A stretch of 64,000 nucleotides of DNA from an uncultured Bacteroidales bacterium (GTDB lineage: Bacteria; Bacteroidota; Bacteroidia; Bacteroidales; UBA4417), in NCBI GenBank assembly GCA_903946925.1, contig CAJAXK010000015.1, positions 3,579-67,578 on the forward strand, written 5' to 3'. Position 1 is the stretch's first letter, and each line of letters begins with the position of its first letter. Below are positions 1 to 7,192 of this stretch, one piece after another. Both the position numbers and the translations under genes were made by a program. The notes under the pieces are model-generated. The model made no database searches. It was not told where the DNA came from and worked only from the letters and a program-made list of their open reading frames with translations.

Positions 1-605
1 GCGTTAAACCCAGCAAATACAATGCTTTCCCATTGGTTAAAATCTTTTTCCTGAATATCACCGAGAAGCACCGAAAATGCCAAACCAAAATATCCTTCAC
101 CCTTTTCCAAAAGGCTTTCGCGAAATAATTTATAACATGGGGCCAACGAATTATAAAAGCGCAAATAATCCTGTTCAAAAGCGGTTAAAGGTTTTCCATC
201 AGGGTTCCAGTGTTTCATGGCTTTTATTTCGTCCAAATATTGGAAAACCTTTTCGCCATCGGCCATATATTGGTCAATTTCATCAAAATCGTTCAGTAAC
301 ATATTGCCCCACGAAACAAATTCGGAAAACGGCTGGGCTCTGTCTTTTTCAAGCGATTTATACACTTTGTAAAGCTGTGCAATTAAATCGAGTGGTTCGC
401 TCAATTTTAATCCAGACGAATGTACTACAAAATCTTCAAGCGCATAAGTGTCTGGCAACCAGATTGGTTTATCAATTATTTGCGAAACATACTGCTTGAA
501 AAACAAACTTGCCCGGCGGCTTGGGAATACCACACAAATACGGCTGAAATTATCCTGGTATTTTGAATATAGGTGTTTGGCAAGTTTATCTAAAAAGGGT
601 TGCAT
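1..605 (-). CDS. Partial CDS (first 201 codons; continues past the window start). Tentatively a PD-(D/E)XK nuclease / AddB-like family protein
   Basis: Manual reverse-strand translation: ATG at 605-603, and I checked every in-frame triplet down to position 3 and found no stop (MQPFLDKLAKHLYSKYQDNFSRICVVFPSRRASLFFKQYVSQ...). It is absent from the ORF track because it runs off the window. The family call rests only on recalled N-terminal resemblance. Confidence 0.6.
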   Translation of the reverse strand, partial: MQPFLDKLAKHLYSKYQDNFSRICVVFPSRRASLFFKQYVSQIIDKPIWLPDTYALEDFVVHSSGLKLSEPLDLIAQLYKVYKSLEKDRAQPFSEFVSWGNMLLNDFDEIDQYMADGEKVFQYLDEIKAMKHWNPDGKPLTAFEQDYLRFYNSLAPCYKLFRESLLEKGEGYFGLAFSVLLGDIQEKDFNQWESIVFAGFN

Positions 606-667
606 TTGGGATGGGTTTTGCTAATGGGCATTTTGGATGAATAGGGATAATGGTTTGCCTGAAATCT

Positions 668-829
668 AATATTGAGTCCACTCCGAAAAGTCTTTTTTCG
701 CCACAAAGGCACAAAGCTTCTAAGTTCCACTAAGTTTATAGCGCTGAAAACAATGCTTTGTGAACCTTTGTGTCATAGTGCCTTAGTGGCGTTTCTTCAT
801 TTTTTGGTTGTTGGAGTGGACTCAATATT
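668..829 (+). mobile_element. MITE-like repeat, copy 1 (about 160 bp with terminal inverted repeats)
   Basis: TIR AATATTGAGTCCACTCC (668-684) pairs with GGAGTGGACTCAATATT (813-829). The internal GCCACAAAGGCACAAAG and TTTATAG blocks are shared with copies at 39512, 40196 and 50014. Confidence 0.7.
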
Positions 830-878
830 CAAACCAGAATAAAAGGCAAAAGTACACCCAAGATGTTGAAATATTTCC

Positions 879-1622
879 TTATTTCTTGTTTTTCAATATT
901 TCCAGTATTTTTTCAGCCTTCAATAATTCCTCTGGTTTGCCCATATCAACCCAATACTGAGGATCATGCACAAACCCAACAATTTTTTTTGTTGATGCTA
1001 TTTCGAGGTAGGAATCAATTATGGAGAATTTGCCAATTTGTGGCATAAGGCTAAAAATAGCTGGATCAAGTATTTGTATGCCGCTAAATGCAAAACGGGT
1101 GAGGTTTTCGGATTGTGTCCTCGCCATCCTTTGTTCATTGTTTTTTGAATTTTCCCAACCGCAAAGTTGCATTGAACTATCGAAAAGAAACCGCCTCGAT
1201 GTTTCGCGCCTGCTTACAGCGAGTGTGGCTAATGCCTTGTTTTTACAATGTGTTTCGAGAAAACCGGCATAATTTATATCACAAACAACATCAACATTTT
1301 GGACTAAGAAAGGCTGATTGTCATTAAAAAACCAGGATGCATTTTTTAGGCCGCCTCCTGTATCGAGAAGTAAACCTGTTTCGTTGGATATAGTTATAGT
1401 GATGTTTGCCCCAAAACCATTGTTTTGGTTTAAAAAACCTATTACCTGATCAGCAAAATGATGGACATTTACAATTATATCGGTTATCCCATTCAATATC
1501 AAATGCTTGATAAGGATTTCGATCATCGGCGTACCCGCAACCGGAACCAAGGCTTTTGGCATTGTGTCTGTGTAAGGCTTGAGTCTGGTGCCCAATCCGG
1601 CGGCAAAAATCATTGCCTTCAT
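879..1622 (-). CDS. Sugar-phosphate nucleotidyltransferase, MurU-like (N-acetylmuramate-1-phosphate uridylyltransferase family)
   Basis: N-terminal MKAMIFAAGLGTRLKPYTDTMPKALVPV matches the GxGTRLxPxT NTP-transferase signature, and the overall layout resembles MurU. It sits in an operon with an AmgK-like kinase. Confidence 0.75.
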   Translation of the reverse strand: MKAMIFAAGLGTRLKPYTDTMPKALVPVAGTPMIEILIKHLILNGITDIIVNVHHFADQVIGFLNQNNGFGANITITISNETGLLLDTGGGLKNASWFFNDNQPFLVQNVDVVCDINYAGFLETHCKNKALATLAVSRRETSRRFLFDSSMQLCGWENSKNNEQRMARTQSENLTRFAFSGIQILDPAIFSLMPQIGKFSIIDSYLEIASTKKIVGFVHDPQYWVDMGKPEELLKAEKILEILKNKK

Positions 1623-1984
1623 AATTTGTCGGGATTGTTTTTATAATAATTCCTTATCAGAACTTTTTTTAACTCGCGGTGGATAACAAGTTCGGTGATT
1701 ACCTCGGCCAATGCCCAATCGGGATGAAGCGCAGTTGATTCCATAATTTTGTTTTCACCTAAATCAACTTGGTAAAGCAATGCGGAAAGCCGGTGCGGAT
1801 CAATTTCCAACAGATGGGATACATGGGAGGCAAGTTGGATAAACATTTCGCCATACGCCAACTCGGTATTCCCGGTAAAGTCAATATCCATCCCAAACAT
1901 GGTAAAATCCTTTTTTACCTGCTCAACCGTCTGGCGTATTACCTCGGTTTTTGTTTTATAAATCTCAATATCAAATGATTCCAA
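1619..1984 (-). CDS. Hypothetical protein (121 aa), translationally coupled to the nucleotidyltransferase
   Basis: Clean ORF whose stop overlaps the downstream start by 4 nt (ATGA). No recognisable motifs. Confidence 0.6.
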   Translation of the reverse strand: MESFDIEIYKTKTEVIRQTVEQVKKDFTMFGMDIDFTGNTELAYGEMFIQLASHVSHLLEIDPHRLSALLYQVDLGENKIMESTALHPDWALAEVITELVIHRELKKVLIRNYYKNNPDKL

Positions 1985-1990
1985 AATTGA

Positions 1991-2125
1991 TTATATTTTT
2001 TCTGGTTTACAAACGTATTTTTCCTTGTTCACTTTTTTGCCGCATTTGGCACATTCAAATCTTGGGTCAGCCTGTTTTTTTGCCCTTTTGGCTTCATCCT
2101 TGGTTTTGCACATTGTTTTCGACAT
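1991..2125 (-). CDS. Candidate small Lys-rich 4-Cys protein (44 aa), not in the ORF track
   Basis: Manual translation gives MSKTMCKTKDEAKRAKKQADPRFECAKCGKKVNKEKYVCKPEKI. It has a CxxC pair plus two more Cys. Its stop lies 7 nt upstream of the next gene start on the same strand. Confidence 0.4.
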   Translation of the reverse strand: MSKTMCKTKDEAKRAKKQADPRFECAKCGKKVNKEKYVCKPEKI

Positions 2126-2147
2126 ACTATTTCTTTTGTAACTTTAT

Positions 2148-2333
2148 AGGGGTTTACCTCTTAGGTGTTAGGATTTGGGGGTTGGGTGTTAGGGTTCATC
2201 ATTTTTTGCCATATTGTGGATTAAAATCAGGCATTATTTGAAAAGCAATGCCCTAAAAGCCTACAGCCTAAAAGCCTAAATCAACTAAAGCGGTGCGTTC
2301 TTCGGCTTTCATTTACAGGGTTAATAGTTACGT
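2148..2333. repeat. Intergenic ~180-bp repeat element, copy 1 (G-rich TTAGG/TTAGGG-like tract)
   Basis: AGGGGTTTACCTCTTAGGTGTTAGGATTTGGGGGTTGGGTGTTAGGGTTCATC...ATTGTGGAT...ATCAGGCATTATT...GTTCTTCGG...GTTACG aligns along its length with 5673-5846. Confidence 0.75.
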
Positions 2334-2402
2334 TCTTTTAAGTTTGTAAGTTTTGATAAAACAGTTTGTAATGTGCGAAGTTCAACCCAAATGGAAAACA
2401 GT

Positions 2403-3845
2403 TTACTGGAAATTGAAATTTTTCATTTCGTTATGGTTCATTTCAACTTTTACCGAATAGTTTTCGTCAATGTAAGCTGCCATTCGCGAAGCGCAATACA
2501 CGGAGCGGTGCTGTCCTCCTGTACACCCAAAGTCAATTTGCAGATGGCTGAACCCCCGTTTTTGGTATTCCAAAATGCTTTGATCCACTAATTTAAACGC
2601 GTTTCGGAGGAATTTCCCTACCAAAGGTTCGCGGCTAAGATATTGTATTACAGGTTCGTCGAGGCCGGTAAACTTTTTGTAATGATCGTACCTTCCGGGA
2701 TTTGGCAGTGCGCGGCAATCGAACACAAAACCACCACCATTTCCAGAATAATCGGGAGGGGTTCCATTTTTAAATGAAAAACTGCTTATGGCTATTGTTA
2801 GTGATTCCTTATTGATAGTATCAGGGATATTAATTTCACTTTTGGCAATTTCGTTAAGTGCTTTCATCAATTCGGGCAGTTCGATCTTCAATTTTACATT
2901 TTCGAGTAGCCAACGGAGGTTTTCAATTGCATACGGTATGCTTTGCAGGAAATGTGCCCGCCGCTCGAAATAGCCCCTGAAACCATAAGCACCCATTACC
3001 TGAAGCAAACGAATGAGCACAAACCCATAGTAATCCTCAATAAATTTGTTTTCGTCAATTTTGATGTACTTTCTTACGTTTTCGAGATACCAATGCAACA
3101 TTTCTTCCCTGAAAGGGTAGGGGAGCGAGGCTTTTACCTGAAAAAGTAAAGAGGCGAGGTCGTATTGGAGAGGTCCACGGCGTCCGCCCTGATAATCAAT
3201 AAACCACGGTTTGTCTTCGTGTACCATAATATTCCGGGCCTGAAAATCGCGGTACATAAAATATTTGCTGCCACTACGGAGCAGATACAAAACCAGCCTG
3301 TCGAAATCATCCTCCAAAGCGGCTTCGTTAAAAGGTACTTTCAGAAGCTTTAGGAAATAATACTTGAAGTAATTGAGATCCCAACGCATGGATCGGCCAT
3401 CAAATTCGGCACTAGGGTAACAAACTGAAAAATTGAGATCTTTACAGCCATCAACTTGAAAACGTGGTAGTTCGGCAATGGCTTGTTTGTAAAGGGATAA
3501 GGTTTCCGGTGATGGTTGCCCATTCATCCTGTTTCTTTCAAGGTGATCGAGGAGGGAGATATTGCCCAAATCGCTGATAAGGTAACAGCCATTAAGTAAA
3601 TCGGTGCAAAAAACTTGTGGGACATTAAGCCCATGTTGCCTGAAATGCTCTGTAAATGTTATAAACGCTTGGGTTTCCTTATTATCTGGGCTATAAACAC
3701 CAATAACTTGTTTAAACTGACCAGTAAGCCTGTAATATTTGCGATCAGAGCCAGCTTGTGGCAAGGGTGTGATTTCTATTCCATCTTCGTTTGCCCATTT
3801 GGCGAACAAAGCCCTGAGTATATCTGTATGATCTGATTTTTTCAT
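2403..3845 (-). CDS. Fusion protein: N-terminal APH/AmgK-like sugar kinase domain plus C-terminal RapZ (YvcJ) C-terminal-like domain
   Basis: The N-terminal ~330 aa look like a phosphotransferase-family kinase (HEDKPWFIDYQGGRRGPLQYDLASLL). The C-terminal ~140 aa carry RapZ C-domain motifs: FSFKNGTPPD, FDCRALPNPG, TGLDEPV, GCTGGQHRSV. Confidence 0.75.
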   Translation of the reverse strand: MKKSDHTDILRALFAKWANEDGIEITPLPQAGSDRKYYRLTGQFKQVIGVYSPDNKETQAFITFTEHFRQHGLNVPQVFCTDLLNGCYLISDLGNISLLDHLERNRMNGQPSPETLSLYKQAIAELPRFQVDGCKDLNFSVCYPSAEFDGRSMRWDLNYFKYYFLKLLKVPFNEAALEDDFDRLVLYLLRSGSKYFMYRDFQARNIMVHEDKPWFIDYQGGRRGPLQYDLASLLFQVKASLPYPFREEMLHWYLENVRKYIKIDENKFIEDYYGFVLIRLLQVMGAYGFRGYFERRAHFLQSIPYAIENLRWLLENVKLKIELPELMKALNEIAKSEINIPDTINKESLTIAISSFSFKNGTPPDYSGNGGGFVFDCRALPNPGRYDHYKKFTGLDEPVIQYLSREPLVGKFLRNAFKLVDQSILEYQKRGFSHLQIDFGCTGGQHRSVYCASRMAAYIDENYSVKVEMNHNEMKNFNFQ

Positions 3846-3971
3846 CGAAGATTTATGTAGAAAAAATTATGGTGTAGATATGCAAATTTACAGTTTTTAA
3901 GCATTGGGTAGAAACATGTTTTTGATAATTGGTAACAACATGTTATTCATTTAGTTGCATCGTAATCACAT

Positions 3972-3998
3972 AAAAAAACCGGCTTATAAAACCGGTTT
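3972..3998 (-). terminator. Candidate rho-independent terminator after mscL
   Basis: Stem AAACCGG (3976-3982) pairs with CCGGTTT (3992-3998) around a 9-nt loop, followed on the minus strand by a short U-run. Confidence 0.5.
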
Positions 3999-4016
3999 AG
4001 GCAAAAAAGAAGTTTT

Positions 4017-4421
4017 TTATTTTTTTTCCTTCAACAAATCCCTGATTTCTGCAAGCAAGGATTCCTGGGCTGTTGGGGCAGGTGGTGGGGCTGGGGCTGC
4101 AATTTCCTTTTTCTTGGCCGAATTCATGGCTTTAATCATGATAAATATAGCCATGGCTATGATTAGGAAGTCGATAACATTTTGGAAAAACATCCCGTAA
4201 TTGAGCGTTACTGCTGCTTTGTCGCCAACAGCTTCAATCAAAGTTGTTTTATAGTCCTTGAAATCCACACCACCCAGCAGCACCCCTAAAGGTGGCATTA
4301 GCACATCGTTAACAAAGGATGTTACTATTTTACCGAAAGCACCGCCGATGATTACGCCGACTGCCAAATCGACAACGCTGCCTTTCATGGCAAATTCCTT
4401 AAATTCTTTAACAAATCCCAT
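4017..4421 (-). CDS. mscL: Large-conductance mechanosensitive channel MscL
   Basis: [46 protein letters not shown] is a canonical MscL N-terminus with TM1, and the 134-aa length fits. Confidence 0.95.
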   Translation of the reverse strand: MGFVKEFKEFAMKGSVVDLAVGVIIGGAFGKIVTSFVNDVLMPPLGVLLGGVDFKDYKTTLIEAVGDKAAVTLNYGMFFQNVIDFLIIAMAIFIMIKAMNSAKKKEIAAPAPPPAPTAQESLLAEIRDLLKEKK

Positions 4422-4559
4422 TTTCGTTTAGTTTTTGGTTAGTACTCTGGTTATCTGGATAATGTTATTGTTTGCTTTTACGAGGTTGAGAATGTGGGCT
4501 ATACTTTTGTGCAAAAAGCCAACCTTGTATGCCGGTAGCATTATGTTTCTGTTTTTCTG

Positions 4560-5474
4560 CTACTTATGTTCGAGTGAATAAGCAAGTCCTATTGCAAATG
4601 TTTCCCTGAACTGGGTTTTTGGCCCATGCGTATTTCCCTCGCTATCAGTAGAATTTATGTTGTCGTCGTAAATGAGCATGGAAGTAAATGCCAGCGAAAT
4701 GTATTTATTAACTTTCATCAGTAAGTTATTTTCCCATCCAACAATAATATTTTGTGGATTATGACGGTAATCGGAAAACAAATCCAATTTTGATAATAAA
4801 TTTACATTTTTCATAATATCCTTCTTAAACACAACATTAACAGAACCCCCAACCTGCCACAGGGTTGTATTATCGCCAATAACCCCAAAAGCTCCTATAA
4901 GTTTCCCTTTTTCGTCTAAGGCATTGGTGAGCTTCGAATCATTTACAACTGTTAACCTTGCTCCGATTGGTGAGATGAAAACTGCAAAATAATCTACCGG
5001 TTTATAATTTAAACCTAAAGAAAGCTGGAAATACCCGGGAGCCATAAAGTTTGATATATAAACTGAATCATTTGGGTAATTAAATCCTTGATCGAACTGC
5101 GACTTGAATTCGAATAACCCGGCGTAATCCCAATTCTTCCAGGCTTTGAAACCCGCTTTTGACAACAGATTTATTTTATCATTTGTTTTGCGCATTTTTG
5201 GCTCGGTTTGTTGGAAATTAACCCCATAAGCCAATCCAAGGTAGTTAGTCCAGAATATATTGTCCTTTGCATAAAATTTATAAATATTCAGCATACCATT
5301 TAAAGCTAATGCATTTTCGCCACCAGCCGACCAATTGGTGAAAGAAGTTTGCGAAAAGCCCAAAGAAGCTTCATATTTTGATTTCCACGCAGTATCGGAA
5401 TCGGTGCCAGGCGCAAAGGCCCATAGTTGATAAGCAAATAAAACAAGGCCAAGAAATAGTAAAGTTCGTTTCAT
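4560..5474 (-). CDS. DUF3078-family outer-membrane beta-barrel protein
   Basis: Signal peptide, then LGFSQTSFTNWSAGGENALALNG, a motif typical of DUF3078. The strand pattern is beta-rich and alternating. Confidence 0.75.
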   Translation of the reverse strand: MKRTLLFLGLVLFAYQLWAFAPGTDSDTAWKSKYEASLGFSQTSFTNWSAGGENALALNGMLNIYKFYAKDNIFWTNYLGLAYGVNFQQTEPKMRKTNDKINLLSKAGFKAWKNWDYAGLFEFKSQFDQGFNYPNDSVYISNFMAPGYFQLSLGLNYKPVDYFAVFISPIGARLTVVNDSKLTNALDEKGKLIGAFGVIGDNTTLWQVGGSVNVVFKKDIMKNVNLLSKLDLFSDYRHNPQNIIVGWENNLLMKVNKYISLAFTSMLIYDDNINSTDSEGNTHGPKTQFRETFAIGLAYSLEHK

Positions 5475-5672
5475 GAAGGAAAGGGTTTGTTTATTCTGGA
5501 ATAGGGTTTAACGCAAATATTAAGCAAATATAAAACTAAAAGATTTATATAACAATCACCTAAACAAAATACTTTACATAGTAATTGGCCGAAATAGCCC
5601 TAAACTATGCAAAAATAATTGGCAGGGCATTAAAAAGCGGTTAGAAGCAAAAAGATATATTCCAAATAATCA

Positions 5673-5846
5673 GGGGTTTACCTATTAGGTGTTAGGATTT
5701 GGGTATTAGGGTTCATCCTTATGTGCGCTATTGTGGATATATCAGGCATTATTCGAATTGCAAAGCCTCGAAAACCTAAGGCCTAATTGCCTAAACCTAT
5801 TAATAGGTATGTTCTTCGGTTTTCGTGTATAGTGTGGATAGTTACG
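5673..5846. repeat. Intergenic ~180-bp repeat element, copy 2
   Basis: Aligns with 2148-2333 (AGGGGTTTACCTATTAGGTGTTAGGATTTGGGTATTAGGGTTCATC...ATTGTGGATATATCAGGCATTATTCGAA...GTTCTTCGGTTTTCG...GTTACG). Confidence 0.75.
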
Positions 5847-5866
5847 ATATATTTAGTTAAACATAC

Positions 5867-6631
5867 TTATATCTTTTTGATATCCACGGTTTTTATCCAT
5901 CCAACACTGCCGTTTGCTATGCGTATTTCCTGCCATTCGGCAACCACATCCAACAAGGTTACTTTAATGCCTTCGTGCAAAACAAAAATATCCTTGCTGT
6001 TTTCGTCGGGTGAGCTTTTAATATTCACTGTTTGCGAAAACACTATGGCTTCGTGGTGCTCGGTTAAATAATGGTTTCGCTGTGAGGCTGCAATGCTGCC
6101 AACCCCAAAAAGCAACAAAAATGCAATGCCAGTCCAAAAACTGATTTTACGGATTGCCAAGTTATTGGCAGCAATATAAACAGCTATCAGTGATAAACCA
6201 AATGTGAACAAAACAATGTTCAGTATTGATTGGGTTTCGATATCCATGAGGTTCAATAATTGTTTCCACCATCTTATGTAGAAAAGTTCGGGTATTGTCT
6301 CAACTTTGTCAACCAATTTACTGTTTACTACCCCAATATTATGGAGGATATTTTCGTTGTTCGGTGCAATTTTTAGAGCTTTTTCGTAATTAAGCACGGC
6401 ATGGGCAAGTTCATTGTTCCTGAAATATGCATTTCCCAGATTGTAATACAGGCTGTACGATTCGTAGCCGCTGGAAATGATTTTTTCGTATTGGGCAATA
6501 GCATCGGCAAATTGTAGGTTATTATATGATTTGGCTGCTTTAGCTGCTAATTGCTCAGGATTTTGGCTAACAGCCTGAAATGCAACTAACAGTAACATTG
6601 CAATAAAGACTGTTGGGTTTTTACATTTCAT
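5867..6631 (-). CDS. batE: BatE-like protein (signal peptide, TPR repeats, two TM segments, C-terminal SH3-like domain)
   Basis: TPR-like YYNLGNAYFRNNELAHAVLNYEKALKIAPNN, a C-terminal ...WQEIRIANGSVGWIKTVDIKKI (SH3b-like), and its position at the end of the bat operon. Confidence 0.8.
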   Translation of the reverse strand: MKCKNPTVFIAMLLLVAFQAVSQNPEQLAAKAAKSYNNLQFADAIAQYEKIISSGYESYSLYYNLGNAYFRNNELAHAVLNYEKALKIAPNNENILHNIGVVNSKLVDKVETIPELFYIRWWKQLLNLMDIETQSILNIVLFTFGLSLIAVYIAANNLAIRKISFWTGIAFLLLFGVGSIAASQRNHYLTEHHEAIVFSQTVNIKSSPDENSKDIFVLHEGIKVTLLDVVAEWQEIRIANGSVGWIKTVDIKKI

Positions 6632-6705
6632 GGTTATTGTATTTTTGTTTAATTTGTTATTGAAGTTTTAAAGCCTAGTTCACTTTACTTCATATAGGCA
6701 TTTTT

Positions 6706-6960
6706 TAGGGCTGTTCTTTTTCATTTCTTTATTCGCGGGCTACTACACCCACGGTTTTCAGGGCTGTTCTTTTTCTCAGTTTATTTTTCCGTGGGCTTCA
6801 CCCACGGTTATTGAATTGCGCCCTTTCAGGGCTGTTCTTTCTCATTTCATTTTTCCCGTGGGCTTCACCCACGGTTTTCAGGGCTGTTCTTTCTCAGTTC
6901 ATTTTTCCGTGGGCTTCACCCACGGTTAGTGAATTGCGCCCTTTCAGGGCTTTTTTCGGT
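6706..6960. repeat. Tandem hairpin repeats, about 4.5 units of 53-66 bp (REP-like)
   Basis: The unit is TTCAGGGCTGTTCTTTCTCAGTTCATTTTTCCGTGGGCTTCACCCACGGTT, with or without AxTGAATTGCGCCC. Each unit holds the palindrome CCGTGGG-CTTCA-CCCACGG, and alternate units add GCCCT-TTC-AGGGC. Confidence 0.9.
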
Positions 6961-6987
6961 GAAAGAGGTTTTTGGTGTGGCCTCGTA

Positions 6988-7190
6988 TTTTCAAATTTTC
7001 CAATCCCCACATTTTTACATCCCCAAATTTCCCAATTATCACATTTCCACATCCCCACATTTTCAAATTCTCACATTATCGCATTTCCACATTTCCACAT
7101 TTTCACATTTTCAAATTCTCAAATTCTCACATTATCGCATCTCCACATTTCCACATCCCCACATTTTCACATTTTCACATTTTCAAATTA
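6988..7190. repeat. Imperfect simple-sequence tract (CACATTT / CAAATTCT word repeats)
   Basis: ...CCACATTTTCAAATTCTCACATTATCGCATTTCCACATTTCCACATTTTCACATTTTCAAATTCTC... runs up to the batD stop codon. Confidence 0.9.
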
Positions 7191-7192
7191 AC

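Noticed and set aside
77-499. 140-aa plus-strand ORF
   Set aside because: It lies antisense to a longer reading frame (1-605, minus strand) that is open to the window edge and has sensible protein-like composition. The plus-strand ORF is Lys/Arg/Gln-rich with no features.
2161-2200. Telomere-like TTAGGG repeats
   Set aside because: There are only two or three imperfect TTAGG(G) units, embedded in a dispersed 180-bp bacterial intergenic element. There is no terminal position or long array.
6706-6960. Possible CRISPR array (regularly spaced palindromic repeats)
   Set aside because: The units are directly adjacent and nearly identical along their whole length, so there are no unique spacers. 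No cas genes are nearby. It is better described as a tandem REP-like hairpin repeat.
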